Below, one piece after another: positions 13,001 to 25,018 of a stretch of 64,000 nt of DNA. Within the stretch, counting starts at the first letter, position 1. Each line of letters starts with the position of its first letter. The notes beneath the pieces were generated by a model. That model had not been told where the DNA came from. It made no database searches and saw only the letters and a program-made list of their open reading frames with translations. The stretch is from Balanoglossus misakiensis (Eukaryota > Animalia > Hemichordata), in assembly GCA_040954595.2 (NCBI GenBank), contig CM082595.2:2110635-2174634 (forward strand), read 5' to 3'. The position numbers were made by a program, and so were the translations under genes.

Positions 13001-16000
13001 ACGGAGTGCGTTCAGCAAAACAAACGGGCCAAGTGTGTCTAACATGGAGGATTTCAGCTGAAGTTCTAAGGTCAAGGAACACACTTAGAAAATGCCACAC
13101 ACAAATAAATATTCTCCTATATCTGAGCATATATTAACTTCCTTCCACACACTTGCATGAACAGATAGGAACACACACACACATGCATGCACGCACACAA
13201 ACGCATGCACACACACATGCCACCAAATATGCATCTGAAAGGATACATCCAACTGTTGGTCTGATATATTTTGGATGGTGATTGACTTGATGATGTTCTG
13301 TCCGATGGAGACTTCACCAAAGTCGCTGGTCGATCTCCCGTGGTTGGAGATGACAACGACAGACGGTTTCACAGTTGGACAATGCACTTCCAAGTACAAA
13401 GTGTTGTGCACACTGCAATGGGAAATAACACACACACACAAATATTTGAATAATGTTCCGGTTAAACATAATTTGTTCTAAAACTATCTGTCATACTCTG
13501 TTTTCCAGCTGGAAAGACGAAGAATCAATACATTCCCGAAAGTTTAGGGACATCATGAGAACACCAGGGTAACCTCCACCATTTCACCAATGATAGACCA
13601 GGTAAGTACCTGTGAGCAAATCTCCTATGTATCATGTACATCCGGTTTTGTCAAAAGAAAAAACATACATTTGTAATTGCAACTTACCTGTATGGCAGAG
13701 TTCCAGGATCACCAGGCATTCCAGAAGCCACAAAGCATGGAATGGAATAACTACTAAAATTCCCACGGAAATTCCGTAACAAGGAGCCCCTAGCTGCTGC
13801 AAAGTCATCAGAACTACAAATGGAAAAGTCATATCACAAAATTGATTATTATTATGTCCATTTTAAGTTGAAAATCATCTAAAACATCGTACTCAATCTC
13901 AGTCTAATTGACTTCCCAAAGGTATATATATCTCACCTTGGATCAATATCTTCAGGATTTGGCGGTGTGATTGGTCGAGGTCCTGAAGCAGATGATGGAC
14001 TCTGCAAGGATTTACCACCTGGTGTCTTCCCAGGTGACTTGCTACTAGCTCCAGGACCACCCTTCTTACCACCACCTCCCTTCTTTCCTTTCTAGAAAAG
14101 CAAAAGAACATAAAATCAAACTTAACGGGTCATGAATAACTGAAACATGAATGCGACTATTACTATTATGCTCTTTCAGTGAAATGAGTTCTGTCAGCTT
14201 ACAAGCCAACTAGAGTTGTCAAAGGGTCTGTGCTTTGCATTTTGCGTGATACAAGTTTCTCCACCAGCTTGTGTTTGTAAGACTGATATCCACTCAGACT
14301 ATCAGTGAGATTAAACTAAAATGACATGATGACTGACAGTGCACAGTCTCAACGATCACAAGCTTGTGAGAAGCGTAGCATCCCAGGTGTAATGCGCAAC
14401 CCAGGTTAATGAACGCATGTTAGCCACAGCTTTGTTGTTGGGTTATTGTGAACACTGTTAAAAGTTATTTTGGCTTTGTCTCAAAAAGCTAAACAGCAAA
14501 ATACTCAGACCTGCTCTCCCCAGATCCATGAGTATATAACCCACTTTTTTTTACTTCATAGGTATCAAGGGAATGTAAAAATAATCACAATATCCATTTG
14601 GATTGGTCCAGAAAACGAACAAAATAATGTACTGCATATTCAGGTATGTGAAATTGATATTCATCAACCCCCTGGTTCTCAGTGGTATGGCCCACTTGAC
14701 AACAGAAAACCCATGGGGATGGGGTATTACACATGGATACTAGGGGGAGGTAGGGTCGCTGAGCTTGTTAATGAATTCAACAAAATTCTCTGGTTAGTAT
14801 GAGGCTGTAAATCCAAAAAACAAAATGGTTAGTGGTTAGCACAGCAAATGTAGAACGTGGTAGTGTTTTGTGATAATCCTAAAAAACAAAATGAACAAAC
14901 AGAAATTAGGAAAGAGGTTATACTGCACAGCAAGCCAACCAACCTTTCCTTTAGGGTCACCATCATCCTTTGAAGGCAAAGAAGATAAAGAACAGATGAG
15001 GATGGACTGATAAATAGATAGAAAGAGAGAGAGAGAGAAAACTACTACAGACAGAGAAAGAAGACATTACAGAGAACAGTATCAAAGTGGTCCTGCACAA
15101 AAATCCTGTGCATCAACCGATCCCAGAATTAGGTATTCAGAAAGATAATTTTCACACCCCATTGTTGTGTGTGTGGCTACATTTTTATTTGCCTATGTTT
15201 TTGCTGTTACCTGGACTTTCCTAAAGACCGAGAAAGCATCATTTTTGCCTCATCTTTACACAGAAACAGTCTTGATCATTGATATAATCCAATGTACTTG
15301 TGTATTTCCTCATATTCTGGGAGTATACATTGTATTGTTGGTATTATGTATTTCACTGTATTTGTATTGTATTTCACAGTATTTCAATTGTGTATTTCAC
15401 TGTATTTCTACTGTATATTCCAACCACGCCACATAGACCTTACCTCTGCAGCAGCCTCAGCACTCCTAATTGCAGCTAACTGGGCATCTTCAAATTCCTT
15501 TCTAGCTTTCGCTTCTAAGTTCCTGGTGATCATTCTCACAGCTTCATCGATGATTGCAGCATCGGTCAATATGGGAGTGAATTTCACAGAGATGCAACTT
15601 TTCTGTGAGAGTAAGTATATGGATAGCATTTCCATCTGTGAGCAATTTCATATGAGATTCAATCATCAGACCAAATTTATTTACACAAGGAAGTACCATG
15701 TCCTAATCATATAAGTAAGGAATTATGTGATTTTTCATTCGTGGCAACTTTTGTTTCTAGCTAGCTTGTTCAGATAGTAAATATTTGCTTCTCTTGTTTT
15801 TCACATGGCACTCATCACAGGTATGAATTTTTATAAACAAGATGAGATTTTTGGAAAAAAGTTGGACTACCGGAGTAATCATCAAGATAGATAATACATA
15901 TGGGATTTCAGACAAGGTAGGGATTTGACTTTACTAAGATATATTTACTCATAGTAGTAATGCAGACTGCATTTTGTTGATGACTACACTCACCTTGCCA

Positions 16001-19000
16001 GGCATAACTGTGCTCACTCTGGGAGTGATGGTCAAGGGAGCATCTTCCGGGACGACAAACTCAAACGTTGTCGGACCAACCGGAGCGATTTCTCCTTTGC
16101 CGATCCTGGGCACCGGATGAGTGAATTCATTCCCGCTTGTGTGGCTGTTGTGAACGTAGAACGAAGCGAAGGAAGTGTCACACAACGCGGTCGCCGCGAA
16201 ATGTATGATTGAGTTGTTGAGTTCAAGAGGTGGGTGAACCCCAACAGCTTTGCACTGGATCTTGAAATCTCTGCAAGATAAAAAATGATGAGAGTGTTGA
16301 ATTAATGTCAAGAAGCTGTGGTCATGAAAGTAAGACAAAAAAGGGACTGATATTAGCCTAAGCACTATAAGGATAAAATCCAATGTCCACCTACCTGTTG
16401 ATGCCAGACTTGCATGTCAACTCAAAGTTATACTCCTTAGCTTTCTTGGCATTGAATATGATATCGAGTTCCAACGTTTCTATCGGCAGTAGCGTCCCAA
16501 AGCCATCATTGGGTTGAACATCAACATACTGTGAAACAAAGAAAGTAAACTCGATTGATCCCACATTTTTACATGCTCAAAAGCATAATATGACACAAGT
16601 CCTGATTGGATTTGACTAAAACAGTATGTGCAATACTGGGGGTATGTTATCCAATGGCGTGATGTATAGTACAGATTTTTTTCTACTTACATCTGGCAGA
16701 TTTACAAATCCAAAACTCTGTGACAGAATAGATTTGTTGGTCAGCTTTACAGTGGTGACTACAGATTCATAGATACTGCAATATCCAAAGTCAATGAATT
16801 CTGTGTCAAATTCCATATCAGAATTTGTCACTACTGCATTCACAATAAATGGTACAGGGGCAGTCTGAAAAAAATAACAAAAAAAGATTTCGTTAATATG
16901 AGATATTTTCTGACTTATCTTCTAACACTGACACAATCGTGGCAAATTTTTAGTCCAGTTTTTTTCCGTGTACTAAAATTCAAATGGATCTGTAAACTGA
17001 CCTGATCAGCAACTCGGATTGTCATAGGTGCTTCAAGGACCCCTGTCTCCTTGTCAAAATATCGACCGCCTTCTTCCACCAGAGAATGCCTGGTGAGAAA
17101 AGAAATGAAGTAATCAGATATGGTCATTGTCAACTTAATACACTAATATGCAGTTTCAAGGATAGAGATGTCTAGGAAATGGCAGAATTTACCTGGGTAA
17201 GAATTTCATCTGTGCTGAGAATTGTGACTGCGCTTGAATGTAACCTGTTTTGGGTAACAGCTCCAGATGGTTTCTCAGTTCTTTGCAGACTTCAAATCGC
17301 AGTCTCAGAGCAGTCGTGGCCCTGTTGTTGACGACGATGGAATCTTGGTAGAGTCGGTCAAACATACAGATCTTCAGATCCACATTCTGTCGCTCGACCC
17401 AAACTGGAACATCGATGGCAGATGCTATGGCTTTCACCGATATCTATCAATCAAATGAAATTGAAAATGATGAAGACATGAATTCTGTCGCAATGGAAAT
17501 TAACTCAGTTCTTTAAAAGTATGATTAGGAACTTCTAGAAAACTCCTATGCCAATATTGAATACCAAAACTGGACTCAGTGTTTCACGGAGACTGACTTA
17601 CATTTTCTGAAAGTGGATCTGAAAACCTGATCTCAAAATCAGTGTCCACTCTGCCGGGGATAGTCGGTGCAAAGATCACTTCCAGTTTGATGGACGAAAA
17701 TGGAGCGATGTTTCCGCTGAACACAGTGCCGATTTTCATACCATCCAGATTAGCCAAGTCTTCAAGATCATCTGGGTCAAGAGGCACACTCCCTGTACTA
17801 ACATCTGTGAAAAGAAACATTTCATAATCACAAAATTGGCCAACAGTGGATTCAAAGATGAACATCAGGTCTGTTCTATGAACATGATGATAACCCCAAC
17901 ACTTACCATCTTTGTCGTCTCCATCAGTCATCTGTGACAGGGCCTCACTTCTCCCGCTCTTAGCTGATCCAGGTTTCTCGTCCGCACCCTTCTCACTCAC
18001 AGCCTCATCTCTCTCTTTCTCCTCTGTTTCATCCCCAATAATCTCAACTACAAGACAAGGTAATATAATGCTTGTAAGCACATAGCAAGTCAGTGCACAA
18101 AACACCAGGATGTAAGGTCACTCAGGGATCATGAAAGTAGCCTGTCAAAACTCTTCTCTGGCAGCTAATGAGTGGTTGACTTTTTTACCCACAATACCCT
18201 ATAGTTTGACCCCTTAGCATGAATAACAAAGCAAACCTCCAGGCTTACTTTCCGGTTTTGCGTTCTCTCCTTCTTCTTGTATGGTTGTTGGAGCTCCGTG
18301 CTCCGATGGTTCCGGCGTCTTTTCCTCCTTCTCCGACGCCCTGTCTCCATCTCTCTGCGCTTCGTCCCTCTCAGCATCTTCCTTGCCAACGGAACTGACC
18401 GATTTCTCTGTATCAATGCCAGTCTGAAACAAATCAGAAAACATTAGACCCCATTTCCGTAGGGCTGGCAATCTAGCTTGATGTGTTGCTTATCAATGAG
18501 AACAGTTGTAAATATCTGCTTAAATATCAAGATGATTATTGATACTCAAACCATGGCCAACAATTTCTCAAAGTATGGGAAATCACAAGTTTCAGCTGTG
18601 ATACATACCATTCCGCCAAACGATGCTGCTGATGTCATTGTGGTTGGTCTCATTCCTGTTTGTAGAAAAAATAAAAAGTTGCATTTTATGACATGAATAA
18701 GAACTACGTTTTGAAATTAACCAAGTCTTGCCAGATCTCAAAATGAGCAGACAATAATCTGTTGACTATCTGTCTTAGTTGAGTAGAATTTTCTGATAAA
18801 ATTCAGTCTTGACTGATTTATATTCTCACCTGTGGTTTTCACAAATTCAAATTTGGTGCCTAGAGCGCCTTTGTTGGTCAGCATGATGCTTTTCTTCAGT
18901 GTTTCACCGATGACTTGTGTGCCGTAGTCGATCAGATTTTTGTCCACAGATAGCTGTAAACAAAGAACAAATATGAAATGAATTCTCGTATGTGTTTAGT

Positions 19001-22000
19001 AAATGATTTGGGAACCTGGGCAACATTTCTGCTACCCTTTAATATCATGGGAACCTAACAAGCAAAATCTGGATACATCAGGTCCCTGGAAGATAAAGTT
19101 GAGAAACTCATTTCTTTTGAGGTTTATACTTACATCACATTTCTTGGTGGTACAGATGAGAGGAATAACAAAGGGTCCAGTCTGTGCCAAGAAACTGACT
19201 TCACCCTCGAGGTCTTCATTGATCTGTCGACAGAAAATAAAAACTTTGAGATCATGGGGTTGACTCTCACTAGTGTAGCAGAGGCCCTTTCATGGGCAGG
19301 TTTCTGTTTTATGTTTAGGTTTCCATGAGACAGGAATGAATGCAACTTACCAAAGGTTTGAATGTGACTAGCATTTCACATGTTAGTCCTGCTGACATCT
19401 GACCAGGTGGATCAAAACTAAAATAACCAAGAAAGGAAAAATTATGAGCATCAAACTGTGACACAGGATTTGCTGAGGTCAGATAATTTACAGACAGCTG
19501 CCCTAGAGAAATAATACTTACTAAACATTGATGAAATTCTTCAGATGTTCGGTTATGTCAATCAACTTGAGAAAATTAACACTGTATGACACGTTGGTTA
19601 AAATGACTTTCTTCTTGTAGGTTTTACCAACATCAAAATCCTGTAAAATGAAGCAAACAAAAAACAATCTTAAAAGTAATATTTAAGCGAGATGGCTGAT
19701 TTTCACTCAAAATTTTATTTCACAGGTAAATGAGCAATCAATGAAGAAGTACATGTAGTAATATTCTATAAAAGGTGACTATACCACCTGCCACTGACCT
19801 TGAAATGAATGATATCTGGTTTACTGTAGAATGGGCATCCTTTGAACTCCTTGCCGGCCGCGACTTGTTTCTTGACCACTCCGGATCGGTGTTTTTCCAG
19901 GGCTTCCGTCATCATGGCTCTTTCCATGGTGCTTTGATAGTGGGATAAGTTGAACTTTTGATCTTCATCCTTAGGCACCTGGAAGTTTTCCCATCAAAGT
20001 ATTCATTTATGAGTCGTTCTCTGATTCAGTCATAAACAGTGGCATTCATGCCACGTTCACAAGACTTTATTAATACAGCTAATTTTTTACTCTACATGAG
20101 TGTGCCTTTAATAATCACAATGGTGAATTCCTAAAACATCTACGATCTCTTACCTTATAAGCTCTGTGTTGTTGATCCCACAGTCCCTGAAACTCTGGTT
20201 TGGCCAGAGTCTCGTCTCGAGCATCACTATCGCTTTCACCTTTCTCGTCACGACTTGTGACACCGTACGGACTGAAGTCATCATCATCATCTGATGAGAC
20301 TGTGGTCAGTTTACTGCTTGGCTTCTGTCAACACAGAACATGATTACAGTACATCAAGCTTTGGGGGGTTCATGAACTATTGCAATGTCAACAAGGTCAC
20401 AAAAGAAGAGGACTGTAGCTTTTTAACACTCACTAGGGGAGTCACTTACATGCACAGGGGCAGCCTCTTCCACATCAGCACAATACTCCATCGATGAAGA
20501 CCCACTAGTTTCATGAATAATCCCAATTCTGGCCTTGCGACGAGGACGGCCAAGTCGCTTGGCTCTTTCTCTGTCTCGTTTCGATTCTGGCCACAACTGT
20601 GGGTACTGCTGCATACGTTTCTTCATCTGTTTCTCTTCCTTCAAAATGCGCGACACAATCTCCACTTGTTTGTCTCTTTGGTCTTCTTCAAAATCCCTGC
20701 ATTACAAACGGAAAAGATGGGTGTTTTTAACCCTTTTCACCACCATGGTTCAGTCCAAATCCATTGTTTCCTATGATAAGAAAATCTGCAACATACTGTT
20801 AGGCAACCAAGCTATTATTTCACCATATGTTTTAGCCCCAGGACTTACTGTTTGTCCATTTCAAAGTTTCTGAGTCGCTTTCTTCTCAGCAAGAGCTCGT
20901 CAGGATTTTCACCGTTCTCCACTAAATCCTGTCTTTCCATATCTTCAGCTTCTACCGCTTGTCTTGCCAAGTATCGGTCTCTTGCCTGGATGGCTCGCAG
21001 ATTCTCCTGTGTGATACAAAACAACGACTGAATGCCTAACTTGAACAAGCAGGGCACATTGCACTGTTTGTCTTAGCTACACCACAATGTTAACATTCTT
21101 CATGCTCCTGTTCTAGGATCTCTGAAGTCTTACTTACCCTGTTGGCTCCGATATTCTGCTTCAAGGACAGAATGGTCTGCATTCTCTGTTCCATTTCGAC
21201 TCGATATCTTTCCTCTTCTTCAGCTTCTTCTCGTCTCACTCTGAAAACAAAGTCACATCATCAGGGATTGCTGACAGAGTCTGACTGACAGACAGACTAT
21301 ACTCAGTGACCCACTCTCGTGGTTTTTCTAGTCAGACAGCAGTTCATTATAAACATGTGCATGTACTTGATGCAAAATACAAACAAACAGTCCCACCAAC
21401 AAAACATACTTAGCCAGTGTTTCTTTCAAATATTTGCTGGCAGCCTCTCGACTTCTCCTTGCTGCGATGATTGCCTGTCGATGTTTTCGGTCTCTCTCCC
21501 GCAACGCAGCAATGTGATCTCTGTAAAAAAAGATGATCATACAGAATGATTAATCTGGTACATGTAGTACCTATTGACTATACTTGACTGTCCATCAAAA
21601 TTATTTTAGAGCTAAATATCAAAAGTTTTTATATTCTGCTTACTTGTCTTTGTTTTTCTTCTTTCTTTCTGCTTGTAAAACTTTCAAAGTTTCTTTTTTT
21701 GCTCTCTGGGCAGCGACATCTGTTCTCTCTCTCTGCCACTTTTCTTCATCTTTCGATAGATCTTCCTCCACCAGTAGAAACTTTCCCTGTTCTACTTGCA
21801 CTTTGGCCAACTCAAATCTACGAGGAAAAAACAACATTGAAATTTACAATTATTATCCCAGGTCACTGGACTAATTTAATTCTACACACACAATTACAAT
21901 TTCTGTTTAGATAACAAAAACACAAACTTACTCTCCCTGTTCCAGTCGCTGTGCTATATCCTTCTCCATCGCCTCCTCAGCTTCCAGTTCAATGCACAAC

Positions 22001-22667
22001 TTTTCATGTTTCGATCTCAGTCTGTAGACGGCCGCCATGTTATTAGCATTCTCCTCCTCTTGGATTGATTCATAGACATCATCTCTCTCTTTTTCCAGAC
22101 TCTCGACTTTATCTCTGCATGTCTTTAACTCTTCCCTGATCACAAAACAAAGCGCATCAATAATTAACATTCCGACAATTACCGCTTTCCCTGGTAAGCA
22201 GATACTCACTTAGATGACTGTTTTTATTTTGTTGATTCTCTATCTCTTGGCAAGGACAAAAACCTGATAAGTACTTACCTTGTTTTTGTGACTAGGTATT
22301 CTGTGTCTAGAACTTTTTCACTGAGTTCATCCAAATGTCTTCGGAGAGCCATCATTCGAAGCTTTTCCTGCCTTGTGATTTTTTGTTGTGATGTCAGTGG
22401 ATAGTCATTTTCATCAGGTCTAAAGAAAATTAAGATTTACAGATAAATATATGTGCTATACAAAATTGGCACAATTAGCAGATGAAAGGGTTAAAGTTCA
22501 TAATGCACAGCTGCAACTCACCCTGTCAGTGATGTCTCATCACTGTACGACCACAGTTCTGGATCACTTTCATATTCTAGTGGAGTTTCTTCAGATTCCA
22601 TAAAATAGCGAGATGGCTGGAAATCGTCCGGCACATCCGGGGACTGTAAATCAGAACTGTCTTCCAT
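10051..22667 (-). CDS. CFAP74: Cilia- and flagella-associated protein 74 (coiled coil + ASH/Ig-like domains), more than 30 exons
   Basis: Spliced translation includes FYSKPDIIHFKDFDVGKTYKKKVILTNVSY, FDPPGQMSAGLTCEMLVTFKP, EDLEGEVSFLAQTGPF, IDYGTQVIGETLKKSI, NEFTHPVPRIGKGEIAPVGPTTFEF and HNTLYLEVHCPTVKP, matching recalled CFAP74 sequence. ATG at 22667 (MEDSSDL); last exon ends RAMVVSE* at 10051. Confidence 0.9.
10268..10294. mobile_element. Same MITE family, terminal fragment (CFAP74 last intron)
   Basis: GGGAACTGGGGGTGAAAGGGTTAA is identical to the end of the copy at 33803-33859. Confidence 0.6.
13058..13246 (-). other. U12-type (minor spliceosome) GT-AG intron in CFAP74
   Basis: 5' splice site GTATCCTTT; branch site TTCCTTGAC about 13 nt before CAG; phase-0 join QQLD|LKSSMLD restores the frame. 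Confidence 0.85.
14944..14967 (-). CDS. Candidate 24-nt microexon of CFAP74 (DDGDPKGK)
   Basis: Pyrimidine tract + AAG acceptor and GTTGGT donor; phase 0-0 between AEAAAE and KGKKGGG exons. Confidence 0.55.
15329..15420. repeat. Degenerate TGTATTTCA-type tandem repeat in a CFAP74 intron
   Basis: Repeated TGTATT(T/G) units. Confidence 0.7.
20727..20780. mobile_element. Same MITE family, half copy (CFAP74 intron)
   Basis: TTAACCCTTTTCACCACCATGGTTCAGTCCAAATCCATTGTTTCCTATG is near the reverse complement of the right half of the copies at 25645 and 50571. Confidence 0.65.
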
Positions 22668-23370
22668 GTTTGGTTCAGTATGATGGTCTTTTTTCAACTA
22701 AACCCTGAAATGAAAACATTACAAGAAAACTTAGTTATTAAATTTTGCTAGTCTCAGTTGATAAGAAACAGTTATTGTATAAACTATTGTAGGTCTAACA
22801 AAGACATTTGTTGACACCAGGGAAGAAATAAGGACTTGTTTTGTTAAGGTGATACATTCTTAGTACTAAAGCATCTATTGCAATCTAGACCGCAGGTGGC
22901 TTTCGAGCGCAAACCGTACTATTGACCAATCACAAGTGATGTGGTCCACTTGCTTCAGGTGTGTGGAAAGTCATCGACCAATCAGAATCGTCGGGGACTT
23001 GAGGTGTAAATTAGCCAAACAGTGACGATCGATCAATTGACACCTTGTCATTGTTTACTATCCGAACTGTTTGTCCTCACTGCAATTTCTATTTTTAGTT
23101 TAGAATTCGAAGTAGAAACTCTGATCAACCACGATCACTCCTCCTCCACGAACCAACAGCCAATGTTCATTACCAATGTATGCACTGCCCGTTATTTATT
23201 TTCGCTTGCAAAATGACACTCGATTTTGACAGTGTTTACGACTGAAAATATGGACTCGATATTCGTTCCACTGTCAAGCTTCCTCGGCATACCTGATAAT
23301 TACCTACCCGATTGAAGATCTCACTGGTAGTATCAGTGAATGTCTAATGTTTTGGTTTGACTGTAATCTC

Positions 23371-23402
23371 CGCCATGTTGATAGCAACCAAATCTCGCGA
23401 GA
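23371..23402 (-). promoter_or_regulatory. Probable CFAP74 promoter core: RFX X-box-like GTTGCTATCAAC, YY1-like CAACATGGCG, and TCTCGCGAGA (BANP/ZBTB33-type) palindrome
   Basis: Motifs read directly from sequence in a CpG-richer patch about 700 nt upstream of the ATG exon; forkhead-type TGTTTAC at about 23052 and 23234. Confidence 0.45.
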
Positions 23403-25018
23403 GAAATTCTCGTTAAAAGCGAGAATATAGCGCCATCTTCGACAGTGCACAGACTTCTGTTGTTCTATTTCCAAGAATGCAATTCCCGCAACCCGCAACA
23501 AAAGCCATGGAATATTTTTAGCCTGGGGATCTATTGAAAAGATGCGTGTTTGGATAATGAATGACTGAGGATACAGCATTAACCTTTCGAAAAAAAAGCT
23601 ATAAATGGTTGCAAACCCTTCTACTCGTGAGATGTTTTATTTTATTAGACTACATAATTTAATTATGAGAGACGTGTGTCCCATTAATAATGTGATATAT
23701 ATAAACATGGGTTAATTCTCTTCTACCGGGATAGTAAACTGGAAAATATATGAAGATGATTCTAAAACTACTATTTTTGTTGCGAGCTTTGCATGCTTCG
23801 AGGCTACCATCCCTACGAATTAAATGGTTCCTCCCCATGTCAATTACCTACTAAGTGTTTACGTTGTGCGTCCGCGACCGCAGCAGCCGCACGCTAATGC
23901 ATTGCCGTCCATCGTAGAAACCGCTGCAGCACTGGATCAGAAAAGTAACAAGTGCGATCGAACGACGAAAATGAACGGCAGAAAGGGTGAGTACAAATGT
24001 CCTTCCACTTTAAAAGTAATCCGAACTGCAACGCGCGTACGCGTTTAATTAGTACAACTTCGCTACATATATCTGATCATCATCACATAGGATTTGTATT
24101 CACCGGCGCGGTGCGCGTGCTGCGCACCTGAGATGCAGATATTGATATCTTTCAGTGTCATTAATTGGAAATTGTTTGTTGAAATGAATGTTCACCATTC
24201 TGCACTTTTTGTGAGTATTTCGAAAATGTAGTCGCGAAATTTCCAAGTCACAGGAGACACTCCCCCCATTCATATGTAGCATTTCTAATTTAAATAATTT
24301 GTTGATTGCTTTTGGTATTGCTAAACGTGCCCGAGACTTGTTCAAACAGGAAACAATAAAAAATCCTTTTGTTATGGGATTTTTTAAATTGATAGGAAAT
24401 TCAGTGGCCTTCCAGAAATTTCGCTGGAAGTTTCCATCTGTGAGAGCTATGGAATGCGCAAGCGCAGTTGTACTGTGACCTTAAGTAACCCTGAGCGAGT
24501 TCTAGAGCACTCCTTGAGCAGCGCAGCCAACGGCGGGGTTGGGGCAAGGGACTAGTCTATTGCAAGATAACTTTTTTTCACTAATATATTCATATTCTGG
24601 GGCCATATACAAGGGTGCTCTCTCTGTGCTGTATTTAATGATGGCTTGCACAAATTAAAAGTGGTTTTCAACCAATCACAACACTGTATTTGTGGCACTG
24701 TTGTACATACATTTATACATAATTTGTATTATACTGTACATCATGACAAACAATGCGTCTTTACTTTTTATCACATTTCCAAACATGTATTGGTTAGCAG
24801 GGTTTACCTGCACATTAAAGTTCTGATGAACCCCCCTCCTAAACATTTGAGAGACTGTTCCTCGTATCTTTTGACCCATTTCTTGATACGAATCTTACGG
24901 ACATTCAAACCTTTGAACCCATTTGTCACAGACTGACGTGATGTTTTCAGAGCTCTGTTTTTGAAAGCTGATCAACATTCGCAGTGTAACAAGCGTTGGT
25001 CTGGTTTATTTTCCAGTC

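Noticed and set aside
15211-15220. 10-nt candidate microexon (GAAAGTCCAG) with good-looking splice sites in CFAP74
   Set aside because: It shifts the frame and I found no compensating exon; only RNA-seq could rescue it, for example as a poison exon.
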